Assembly (NCBI GenBank): GCA_002269645.1
Contig: NIVC01000078.1
Coordinates: 1 to 54,293 of the forward strand
Reading direction: 5' to 3'
Source of the DNA: Macrostomum lignano
Lineage: Eukaryota
Length of the DNA stretch: 54,293 nucleotides
The notes beneath the pieces were generated by a model. It ran no database searches, was not told where the DNA came from, and worked only from the letters and a program-made list of their open reading frames with translations. Below are positions 1 to 12,000 of the stretch, piece by piece (within the stretch, counting starts at the first letter, position 1; every line of letters starts with the position of its first letter). The position numbers and the translations under genes were made by a program.

Positions 1-3000
1 TATTTGTCTAAAGAAACTGACTGCGTGCAAAATACAAGTGCGCGAAGCAGAATAACACGCCGTGAGCGTATTGAGCGTATTTTCGAACGCCTGTGCATGC
101 GCGAGACTGCTTGGTGTAGTTATTAGAGGCAACTGCGCCTCTAGCTTAAACGCGTGTCTATTTGTCTAAAGAAACTGACTGCGTGCAAAATACAAGTGCG
201 CGGAAGCAGAATAACACGCCGTGAGCGTATTGAGCGTATTTTCGAACGCCTGTGCATGCGCGAGACTGCTTGGTGTAGTTATTAGAAGGCAACTGCGCCT
301 CTAGCTTAAACCGTGTCTATTTGTCTAAAGAAACTGACTGCGTGCAAAATACAAGTGCGCGAAGCAGAATAACACGCCGTGAGCGTATTTTCGAACGCCT
401 GTGCATGCGCGAGACTGCTTGGTGTAGTTATTAGAAGGCAACTGCGCCTCTAGCTTAAACCGTGTCTATTTGTCTAAAGAAACTGACTGCGTGCAAAATA
501 CAAGTGCGCGAAGCAGAATAACACGCCGTGAGCGTATTTTCGAACGCCTGTGCATGCGCGAGACTGCTTGGTGTAGTTATTAGAAGGCAACTGCGCCTCT
601 AGCTTAAACCGTGTCTATTTGTCTAAAGAAACTGACTGCGTGCAAAATACAAGTGCGCGGAAGCAGAATAACACGCCGTGAGCGTATTGAGCGTATTTTC
701 GAACGCCTGTGCATGCGCGAGACTGCTTGGTGTAGTTATTAGAAGGCAACTGCGCCTCTAGCTTAAACCGTGTCTATTTGTCTAAAGAAACTGACTGCGT
801 GCAAAATACAAGTGCGCGGAAGCAGAATAACACGCCGTGAGCGTATTGAGCGTATTTTCGAACGCCTGTGCATGCGCGAGACTGCTTGGTGTAGTTATTA
901 GAAGGCAACTGCGCCTCTAGCTTAAACCGTGTCTATTTGTCTAAAGAAACTGACTGCGTGCAAAATACAAGTGCGCGGAAGCAGAATAACACGCCGTGAG
1001 CGTATTGAGCGTATTTTCGAACGCCTGTGCATGCGCGAGACTGCTTGGTGTAGTTATTAGAAGGCAACTGCGCCTCTAGCTTAAACCGTGTCTATTTGTC
1101 TAAAGAAACTGACTGCGTGCAAAATACAAGTGCGCGGAAGCAGAATAACACGCCGTGAGCGTATTGAGCGTATTTTCGAACGCCTGTGCATGCGCGAGAC
1201 TGCTTGGTGTAGTTATTAGAAGGCAACTGCGCCTCTAGCTTAAACCGTGTCTATTTGTCTAAAGAAACTGACTGCGTGCAAAATACAAGTGCGCGGAAGC
1301 AGAATAACACGCCGTGAGCGTATTGAGCGTATTTTCGAACGCCTGTGCATGCGCGAGACTGCTTGGTGTAGTTATTAGAAGGCAACTGCGCCTCTAGCTT
1401 AAACCGTGTCTATTTGTCTAAAGAAACTGACTGCGTGCAAAATACAAGTGCGCGGAAGCAGAATAACACGCCGTGAGCGTATTGAGCGTATTTTCGAACG
1501 CCTGTGCATGCGCGAGACTGCTTGGTGTAGTTATTAGAAGGCAACTGCGCCTCTAGCTTAAACCGTGTCTATTTGTCTAAAGAAACTGACTGCGTGCAAA
1601 ATACAAGTGCGCGGAAGCAGAATAACACGCCGTGAGCGTATTTTCGAACGCCTGTGCATGCGCGAGACTGCTTGGTGTAGTTATTAGAAGGCAACTGCGC
1701 CTCTAGCTTAAACCGTGTCTATTTGTCTAAAGAAACTGACTGCGTGCAAAATACAAGTGCGCGGAAGCAGAATAACACGCCGTGAGCGTATTGAGCGTAT
1801 TTTCGAACGCCTGTGCATGCGCGAGACTGCTTGGTGTAGTTATTAGAAGGCAACTGCGCCTCTAGCTTAAACCGTGTCTATTTGTCTAAAGAAACTGACT
1901 GCGTGCAAAATACAAGTGCGCGGAAGCAGAATAACACGCCGTGAGCGTATTGAGCGTATTTTCGAACGCCTGTGCATGCGCGAGACTGCTTGGTGTAGTT
2001 ATTAGAAGGCAACTGCGCCTCTAGCTTAAACCGTGTCTATTTGTCTAAAGAAACTGACTGCGTGCAAAATACAAGTGCGCGGAAGCAGAATAACACGCCG
2101 TGAGCGTATTGAGCGTATTTTCGAACGCCTGTGCATGCGCGAGACTGCTTGGTGTAGTTATTAGAAGGCAACTGCGCCTCTAGCTTAAACCGTGTCTATT
2201 TGTCTAAAGAAACTGACTGCGTGCAAAATACAAGTGCGCGGAAGCAGAATAACACGCCGTGAGCGTATTGAGCGTATTTTCGAACGCCTGTGCATGCGCG
2301 AGACTGCTTGGTGTAGTTATTAGAAGGCAACTGCGCCTCTAGCTTAAACCGTGTCTATTTGTCTAAAGAAACTGACTGCGTGCAAAATACAAGTGCGCGG
2401 AAGCAGAATAACACGCCGTGAGCGTATTGAGCGTATTTTCGAACGCCTGTGCATGCGCGAGACTGCTTGGTGTAGTTATTAGAAGGCAACTGCGCCTCTA
2501 GCTTAAACCGTGTCTATTTGTCTAAAGAAACTGACTGCGTGCAAAATACAAGTGCGCGGAAGCAGAATAACACGCCGTGAGCGTATTGAGCGTATTTTCG
2601 AACGCCTGTGCATGCGCGAGACTGCTTGGTGTAGTTATTAGAAGGCAACTGCGCCTCTAGCTTAAACCGTGTCTATTTGTCTAAAGAAACTGACTGCGTG
2701 CAAAATACAAGTGCGCGGAAGCAGAATAACACGCCGTGAGCGTATTGAGCGTATTTTCGAACGCCTGTGCATGCGCGAGACTGCTTGGTGTAGTTATTAG
2801 AAGGCAACTGCGCCTCTAGCTTAAACCGTGTCTATTTGTCTAAAGAAACTGACTGCGTGCAAAATACAAGTGCGCGGAAGCAGAATAACACGCCGTGAGC
2901 GTATTGAGCGTATTTTCGAACGCCTGTGCATGCGCGAGACTGCTTGGTGTAGTTATTAGAAGGCAACTGCGCCTCTAGCTTAAACCGTGTCTATTTGTCT

Positions 3001-6000
3001 AAAGAAACTGACTGCGTGCAAAATACAAGTGCGCGGAAGCAGAATAACACGCCGTGAGCGTATTGAGCGTATTTTCGAACGCCTGTGCATGCGCGAGACT
3101 GCTTGGTGTAGTTATTAGAAGGCAACTGCGCCTCTAGCTTAAACCGTGTCTATTTGTCTAAAGAAACTGACTGCGTGCAAAATACAAGTGCGCGGAAGCA
3201 GAATAACACGCCGTGAGCGTATTGAGCGTATTTTCGAACGCCTGTGCATGCGCGAGACTGCTTGGTGTAGTTATTAGAAGGCAACTGCGCCTCTAGCTTA
3301 AACCGTGTCTATTTGTCTAAAGAAACTGACTGCGTGCAAAATACAAGTGCGCGGAAGCAGAATAACACGCCGTGAGCGTATTGAGCGTATTTTCGAACGC
3401 CTGTGCATGCGCGAGACTGCTTGGTGTAGTTATTAGAAGGCAACTGCGCCTCTAGCTTAAACCGTGTCTATTTGTCTAAAGAAACTGACTGCGTGCAAAA
3501 TACAAGTGCGCGGAAGCAGAATAACACGCCGTGAGCGTATTGAGCGTATTTTCGAACGCCTGTGCATGCGCGAGACTGCTTGGTGTAGTTATTAGAAGGC
3601 AACTGCGCCTCTAGCTTAAACCGTGTCTATTTGTCTAAAGAAACTGACTGCGTGCAAAATACAAGTGCGCGGAAGCAGAATAACACGCCGTGAGCGTATT
3701 GAGCGTATTTTCGAACGCCTGTGCATGCGCGAGACTGCTTGGTGTAGTTATTAGAAGGCAACTGCGCCTCTAGCTTAAACCGTGTCTATTTGTCTAAAGA
3801 AACTGACTGCGTGCAAAATACAAGTGCGCGGAAGCAGAATAACACGCCGTGAGCGTATTGAGCGTATTTTCGAACGCCTGTGCATGCGCGAGACTGCTTG
3901 GTGTAGTTATTAGAAGGCAACTGCGCCTCTAGCTTAAACCGTGTCTATTTGTCTAAAGAAACTGACTGCGTGCAAAATACAAGTGCGCGGAAGCAGAATA
4001 ACACGCCGTGAGCGTATTGAGCGTATTTTCGAACGCCTGTGCATGCGCGAGACTGCTTGGTGTAGTTATTAGAAGGCAACTGCGCCTCTAGCTTAAACCG
4101 TGTCTATTTGTCTAAAGAAACTGACTGCGTGCAAAATACAAGTGCGCGGAAGCAGAATAACACGCCGTGAGCGTATTGAGCGTATTTTCGAACGCCTGTG
4201 CATGCGCGAGACTGCTTGGTGTAGTTATTAGAAGGCAACTGCGCCTCTAGCTTAAACCGTGTCTATTTGTCTAAAGAAACTGACTGCGTGCAAAATACAA
4301 GTGCGCGGAAGCAGAATAACACGCCGTGAGCGTATTGAGCGTATTTTCGAACGCCTGTGCATGCGCGAGACTGCTTGGTGTAGTTATTAGAAGGCAACTG
4401 CGCCTCTAGCTTAAACCGTGTCTATTTGTCTAAAGAAACTGACTGCGTGCAAAATACAAGTGCGCGGAAGCAGAATAACACGCCGTGAGCGTATTGAGCG
4501 TATTTTCGAACGCCTGTGCATGCGCGAGACTGCTTGGTGTAGTTATTAGAAGGCAACTGCGCCTCTAGCTTAAACCGTGTCTATTTGTCTAAAGAAACTG
4601 ACTGCGTGCAAAATACAAGTGCGCGGAAGCAGAATAACACGCCGTGAGCGTATTGAGCGTATTTTCGAACGCCTGTGCATGCGCGAGACTGCTTGGTGTA
4701 GTTATTAGAAGGCAACTGCGCCTCTAGCTTAAACCGTGTCTATTTGTCTAAAGAAACTGACTGCGTGCAAAATACAAGTGCGCGGAAGCAGAATAACACG
4801 CCGTGAGCGTATTGAGCGTATTTTCGAACGCCTGTGCATGCGCGAGACTGCTTGGTGTAGTTATTAGAAGGCAACTGCGCCTCTAGCTTAAACCGTGTCT
4901 ATTTGTCTAAAGAAACTGACTGCGTGCAAAATACAAGTGCGCGGAAGCAGAATAACACGCCGTGAGCGTATTGAGCGTATTTTCGAACGCCTGTGCATGC
5001 GCGAGACTGCTTGGTGTAGTTATTAGAAGGCAACTGCGCCTCTAGCTTAAACCGTGTCTATTTGTCTAAAGAAACTGACTGCGTGCAAAATACAAGTGCG
5101 CGGAAGCAGAATAACACGCCGTGAGCGTATTGAGCGTATTTTCGAACGCCTGTGCATGCGCGAGACTGCTTGGTGTAGTTATTAGAAGGCAACTGCGCCT
5201 CTAGCTTAAACCGTGTCTATTTGTCTAAAGAAACTGACTGCGTGCAAAATACAAGTGCGCGGAAGCAGAATAACACGCCGTGAGCGTATTGAGCGTATTT
5301 TCGAACGCCTGTGCATGCGCGAGACTGCTTGGTGTAGTTATTAGAAGGCAACTGCGCCTCTAGCTTAAACCGTGTCTATTTGTCTAAAGAAACTGACTGC
5401 GTGCAAAATACAAGTGCGCGGAAGCAGAATAACACGCCGTGAGCGTATTGAGCGTATTTTCGAACGCCTGTGCATGCGCGAGACTGCTTGGTGTAGTTAT
5501 TAGAAGGCAACTGCGCCTCTAGCTTAAACCGTGTCTATTTGTCTAAAGAAACTGACTGCGTGCAAAATACAAGTGCGCGGAAGCAGAATAACACGCCGTG
5601 AGCGTATTGAGCGTATTTTCGAACGCCTGTGCATGCGCGAGACTGCTTGGTGTAGTTATTAGAAGGCAACTGCGCCTCTAGCTTAAACCGTGTCTATTTG
5701 TCTAAAGAAACTGACTGCGTGCAAAATACAAGTGCGCGGAAGCAGAATAACACGCCGTGAGCGTATTGAGCGTATTTTCGAACGCCTGTGCATGCGCGAG
5801 ACTGCTTGGTGTAGTTATTAGAAGGCAACTGCGCCTCTAGCTTAAACCGTGTCTATTTGTCTAAAGAAACTGACTGCGTGCAAAATACAAGTGCGCGGAA
5901 GCAGAATAACACGCCGTGAGCGTATTGAGCGTATTTTCGAACGCCTGTGCATGCGCGAGACTGCTTGGTGTAGTTATTAGAAGGCAACTGCGCCTCTAGC

Positions 6001-9000
6001 TTAAACCGTGTCTATTTGTCTAAAGAAACTGACTGCGTGCAAAATACAAGTGCGCGGAAGCAGAATAACACGCCGTGAGCGTATTGAGCGTATTTTCGAA
6101 CGCCTGTGCATGCGCGAGACTGCTTGGTGTAGTTATTAGAAGGCAACTGCGCCTCTAGCTTAAACCGTGTCTATTTGTCTAAAGAAACTGACTGCGTGCA
6201 AAATACAAGTGCGCGGAAGCAGAATAACACGCCGTGAGCGTATTGAGCGTATTTTCGAACGCCTGTGCATGCGCGAGACTGCTTGGTGTAGTTATTAGAA
6301 GGCAACTGCGCCTCTAGCTTAAACCGTGTCTATTTGTCTAAAGAAACTGACTGCGTGCAAAATACAAGTGCGCGGAAGCAGAATAACACGCCGTGAGCGT
6401 ATTGAGCGTATTTTCGAACGCCTGTGCATGCGCGAGACTGCTTGGTGTAGTTATTAGAAGGCAACTGCGCCTCTAGCTTAAACCGTGTCTATTTGTCTAA
6501 AGAAACTGACTGCGTGCAAAATACAAGTGCGCGGAAGCAGAATAACACGCCGTGAGCGTATTGAGCGTATTTTCGAACGCCTGTGCATGCGCGAGACTGC
6601 TTGGTGTAGTTATTAGAAGGCAACTGCGCCTCTAGCTTAAACCGTGTCTATTTGTCTAAAGAAACTGACTGCGTGCAAAATACAAGTGCGCGGAAGCAGA
6701 ATAACACGCCGTGAGCGTATTGAGCGTATTTTCGAACGCCTGTGCATGCGCGAGACTGCTTGGTGTAGTTATTAGAAGGCAACTGCGCCTCTAGCTTAAA
6801 CCGTGTCTATTTGTCTAAAGAAACTGACTGCGTGCAAAATACAAGTGCGCGGAAGCAGAATAACACGCCGTGAGCGTATTGAGCGTATTTTCGAACGCCT
6901 GTGCATGCGCGAGACTGCTTGGTGTAGTTATTAGAAGGCAACTGCGCCTCTAGCTTAAACCGTGTCTATTTGTCTAAAGAAACTGACTGCGTGCAAAATA
7001 CAAGTGCGCGGAAGCAGAATAACACGCCGTGAGCGTATTGAGCGTATTTTCGAACGCCTGTGCATGCGCGAGACTGCTTGGTGTAGTTATTAGAAGGCAA
7101 CTGCGCCTCTAGCTTAAACCGTGTCTATTTGTCTAAAGAAACTGACTGCGTGCAAAATACAAGTGCGCGGAAGCAGAATAACACGCCGTGAGCGTATTGA
7201 GCGTATTTTCGAACGCCTGTGCATGCGCGAGACTGCTTGGTGTAGTTATTAGAAGGCAACTGCGCCTCTAGCTTAAACCGTGTCTATTTGTCTAAAGAAA
7301 CTGACTGCGTGCAAAATACAAGTGCGCGGAAGCAGAATAACACGCCGTGAGCGTATTGAGCGTATTTTCGAACGCCTGTGCATGCGCGAGACTGCTTGGT
7401 GTAGTTATTAGAAGGCAACTGCGCCTCTAGCTTAAACCGTGTCTATTTGTCTAAAGAAACTGACTGCGTGCAAAATACAAGTGCGCGGAAGCAGAATAAC
7501 ACGCCGTGAGCGTATTGAGCGTATTTTCGAACGCCTGTGCATGCGCGAGACTGCTTGGTGTAGTTATTAGAAGGCAACTGCGCCTCTAGCTTAAACCGTG
7601 TCTATTTGTCTAAAGAAACTGACTGCGTGCAAAATACAAGTGCGCGGAAGCAGAATAACACGCCGTGAGCGTATTGAGCGTATTTTCGAACGCCTGTGCA
7701 TGCGCGAGACTGCTTGGTGTAGTTATTAGAAGGCAACTGCGCCTCTAGCTTAAACCGTGTCTATTTGTCTAAAGAAACTGACTGCGTGCAAAATACAAGT
7801 GCGCGGAAGCAGAATAACACGCCGTGAGCGTATTGAGCGTATTTTCGAACGCCTGTGCATGCGCGAGACTGCTTGGTGTAGTTATTAGAAGGCAACTGCG
7901 CCTCTAGCTTAAACCGTGTCTATTTGTCTAAAGAAACTGACTGCGTGCAAAATACAAGTGCGCGGAAGCAGAATAACACGCCGTGAGCGTATTGAGCGTA
8001 TTTTCGAACGCCTGTGCATGCGCGAGACTGCTTGGTGTAGTTATTAGAAGGCAACTGCGCCTCTAGCTTAAACCGTGTCTATTTGTCTAAAGAAACTGAC
8101 TGCGTGCAAAATACAAGTGCGCGGAAGCAGAATAACACGCCGTGAGCGTATTGAGCGTATTTTCGAACGCCTGTGCATGCGCGAGACTGCTTGGTGTAGT
8201 TATTAGAAGGCAACTGCGCCTCTAGCTTAAACCGTGTCTATTTGTCTAAAGAAACTGACTGCGTGCAAAATACAAGTGCGCGGAAGCAGAATAACACGCC
8301 GTGAGCGTATTGAGCGTATTTTCGAACGCCTGTGCATGCGCGAGACTGCTTGGTGTAGTTATTAGAAGGCAACTGCGCCTCTAGCTTAAACCGTGTCTAT
8401 TTGTCTAAAGAAACTGACTGCGTGCAAAATACAAGTGCGCGGAAGCAGAATAACACGCCGTGAGCGTATTGAGCGTATTTTCGAACGCCTGTGCATGCGC
8501 GAGACTGCTTGGTGTAGTTATTAGAAGGCAACTGCGCCTCTAGCTTAAACCGTGTCTATTTGTCTAAAGAAACTGACTGCGTGCAAAATACAAGTGCGCG
8601 GAAGCAGAATAACACGCCGTGAGCGTATTGAGCGTATTTTCGAACGCCTGTGCATGCGCGAGACTGCTTGGTGTAGTTATTAGAAGGCAACTGCGCCTCT
8701 AGCTTAAACCGTGTCTATTTGTCTAAAGAAACTGACTGCGTGCAAAATACAAGTGCGCGGAAGCAGAATAACACGCCGTGAGCGTATTGAGCGTATTTTC
8801 GAACGCCTGTGCATGCGCGAGACTGCTTGGTGTAGTTATTAGAAGGCAACTGCGCCTCTAGCTTAAACCGTGTCTATTTGTCTAAAGAAACTGACTGCGT
8901 GCAAAATACAAGTGCGCGGAAGCAGAATAACACGCCGTGAGCGTATTGAGCGTATTTTCGAACGCCTGTGCATGCGCGAGACTGCTTGGTGTAGTTATTA

Positions 9001-12000
9001 GAAGGCAACTGCGCCTCTAGCTTAAACCGTGTCTATTTGTCTAAAGAAACTGACTGCGTGCAAAATACAAGTGCGCGGAAGCAGAATAACACGCCGTGAG
9101 CGTATTGAGCGTATTTTCGAACGCCTGTGCATGCGCGAGACTGCTTGGTGTAGTTATTAGAAGGCAACTGCGCCTCTAGCTTAAACCGTGTCTATTTGTC
9201 TAAAGAAACTGACTGCGTGCAAAATACAAGTGCGCGGAAGCAGAATAACACGCCGTGAGCGTATTGAGCGTATTTTCGAACGCCTGTGCATGCGCGAGAC
9301 TGCTTGGTGTAGTTATTAGAAGGCAACTGCGCCTCTAGCTTAAACCGTGTCTATTTGTCTAAAGAAACTGACTGCGTGCAAAATACAAGTGCGCGGAAGC
9401 AGAATAACACGCCGTGAGCGTATTGAGCGTATTTTCGAACGCCTGTGCATGCGCGAGACTGCTTGGTGTAGTTATTAGAAGGCAACTGCGCCTCTAGCTT
9501 AAACCGTGTCTATTTGTCTAAAGAAACTGACTGCGTGCAAAATACAAGTGCGCGGAAGCAGAATAACACGCCGTGAGCGTATTGAGCGTATTTTCGAACG
9601 CCTGTGCATGCGCGAGACTGCTTGGTGTAGTTATTAGAAGGCAACTGCGCCTCTAGCTTAAACCGTGTCTATTTGTCTAAAGAAACTGACTGCGTGCAAA
9701 ATACAAGTGCGCGGAAGCAGAATAACACGCCGTGAGCGTATTGAGCGTATTTTCGAACGCCTGTGCATGCGCGAGACTGCTTGGTGTAGTTATTAGAAGG
9801 CAACTGCGCCTCTAGCTTAAACCGTGTCTATTTGTCTAAAGAAACTGACTGCGTGCAAAATACAAGTGCGCGGAAGCAGAATAACACGCCGTGAGCGTAT
9901 TGAGCGTATTTTCGAACGCCTGTGCATGCGCGAGACTGCTTGGTGTAGTTATTAGAAGGCAACTGCGCCTCTAGCTTAAACCGTGTCTATTTGTCTAAAG
10001 AAACTGACTGCGTGCAAAATACAAGTGCGCGGAAGCAGAATAACACGCCGTGAGCGTATTGAGCGTATTTTCGAACGCCTGTGCATGCGCGAGACTGCTT
10101 GGTGTAGTTATTAGAAGGCAACTGCGCCTCTAGCTTAAACCGTGTCTATTTGTCTAAAGAAACTGACTGCGTGCAAAATACAAGTGCGCGGAAGCAGAAT
10201 AACACGCCGTGAGCGTATTGAGCGTATTTTCGAACGCCTGTGCATGCGCGAGACTGCTTGGTGTAGTTATTAGAAGGCAACTGCGCCTCTAGCTTAAACC
10301 GTGTCTATTTGTCTAAAGAAACTGACTGCGTGCAAAATACAAGTGCGCGGAAGCAGAATAACACGCCGTGAGCGTATTGAGCGTATTTTCGAACGCCTGT
10401 GCATGCGCGAGACTGCTTGGTGTAGTTATTAGAAGGCAACTGCGCCTCTAGCTTAAACCGTGTCTATTTGTCTAAAGAAACTGACTGCGTGCAAAATACA
10501 AGTGCGCGGAAGCAGAATAACACGCCGTGAGCGTATTGAGCGTATTTTCGAACGCCTGTGCATGCGCGAGACTGCTTGGTGTAGTTATTAGAAGGCAACT
10601 GCGCCTCTAGCTTAAACCGTGTCTATTTGTCTAAAGAAACTGACTGCGTGCAAAATACAAGTGCGCGGAAGCAGAATAACACGCCGTGAGCGTATTGAGC
10701 GTATTTTCGAACGCCTGTGCATGCGCGAGACTGCTTGGTGTAGTTATTAGAAGGCAACTGCGCCTCTAGCTTAAACCGTGTCTATTTGTCTAAAGAAACT
10801 GACTGCGTGCAAAATACAAGTGCGCGGAAGCAGAATAACACGCCGTGAGCGTATTGAGCGTATTTTCGAACGCCTGTGCATGCGCGAGACTGCTTGGTGT
10901 AGTTATTAGAAGGCAACTGCGCCTCTAGCTTAAACCGTGTCTATTTGTCTAAAGAAACTGACTGCGTGCAAAATACAAGTGCGCGGAAGCAGAATAACAC
11001 GCCGTGAGCGTATTGAGCGTATTTTCGAACGCCTGTGCATGCGCGAGACTGCTTGGTGTAGTTATTAGAAGGCAACTGCGCCTCTAGCTTAAACCGTGTC
11101 TATTTGTCTAAAGAAACTGACTGCGTGCAAAATACAAGTGCGCGGAAGCAGAATAACACGCCGTGAGCGTATTGAGCGTATTTTCGAACGCCTGTGCATG
11201 CGCGAGACTGCTTGGTGTAGTTATTAGAAGGCAACTGCGCCTCTAGCTTAAACCGTGTCTATTTGTCTAAAGAAACTGACTGCGTGCAAAATACAAGTGC
11301 GCGGAAGCAGAATAACACGCCGTGAGCGTATTGAGCGTATTTTCGAACGCCTGTGCATGCGCGAGACTGCTTGGTGTAGTTATTAGAAGGCAACTGCGCC
11401 TCTAGCTTAAACCGTGTCTATTTGTCTAAAGAAACTGACTGCGTGCAAAATACAAGTGCGCGGAAGCAGAATAACACGCCGTGAGCGTATTGAGCGTATT
11501 TTCGAACGCCTGTGCATGCGCGAGACTGCTTGGTGTAGTTATTAGAAGGCAACTGCGCCTCTAGCTTAAACCGTGTCTATTTGTCTAAAGAAACTGACTG
11601 CGTGCAAAATACAAGTGCGCGGAAGCAGAATAACACGCCGTGAGCGTATTGAGCGTATTTTCGAACGCCTGTGCATGCGCGAGACTGCTTGGTGTAGTTA
11701 TTAGAAGGCAACTGCGCCTCTAGCTTAAACCGTGTCTATTTGTCTAAAGAAACTGACTGCGTGCAAAATACAAGTGCGCGGAAGCAGAATAACACGCCGT
11801 GAGCGTATTGAGCGTATTTTCGAACGCCTGTGCATGCGCGAGACTGCTTGGTGTAGTTATTAGAAGGCAACTGCGCCTCTAGCTTAAACCGTGTCTATTT
11901 GTCTAAAGAAACTGACTGCGTGCAAAATACAAGTGCGCGGAAGCAGAATAACACGCCGTGAGCGTATTGAGCGTATTTTCGAACGCCTGTGCATGCGCGA

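Noticed and set aside
1-620. Single-base variants in units 1-4 (GCGCGAAG, ATTAGAGGC, AAACGCG)
   Set aside because: These are one-base indels clustered at the sequence start, mirroring those at the far end. They are most likely low-coverage consensus errors rather than biological variants.
4741-4899. Spliced-leader RNA gene repeat (minus strand starts GGTTTAA like nematode SL1; TATTTTGC resembles an Sm site)
   Set aside because: Similarity stops after 7 nt, there is no AG|GT donor after the putative exon (AG|GC), and the Sm-like site lacks both flanking purines.
4741-4899. Hammerhead ribozyme, 5S rRNA or functional tRNA in the monomer
   Set aside because: GAAAC is present but there is no CTGANGA core on either strand, no 5S similarity is recognisable, and the acceptor and T stems do not close into a cloverleaf.
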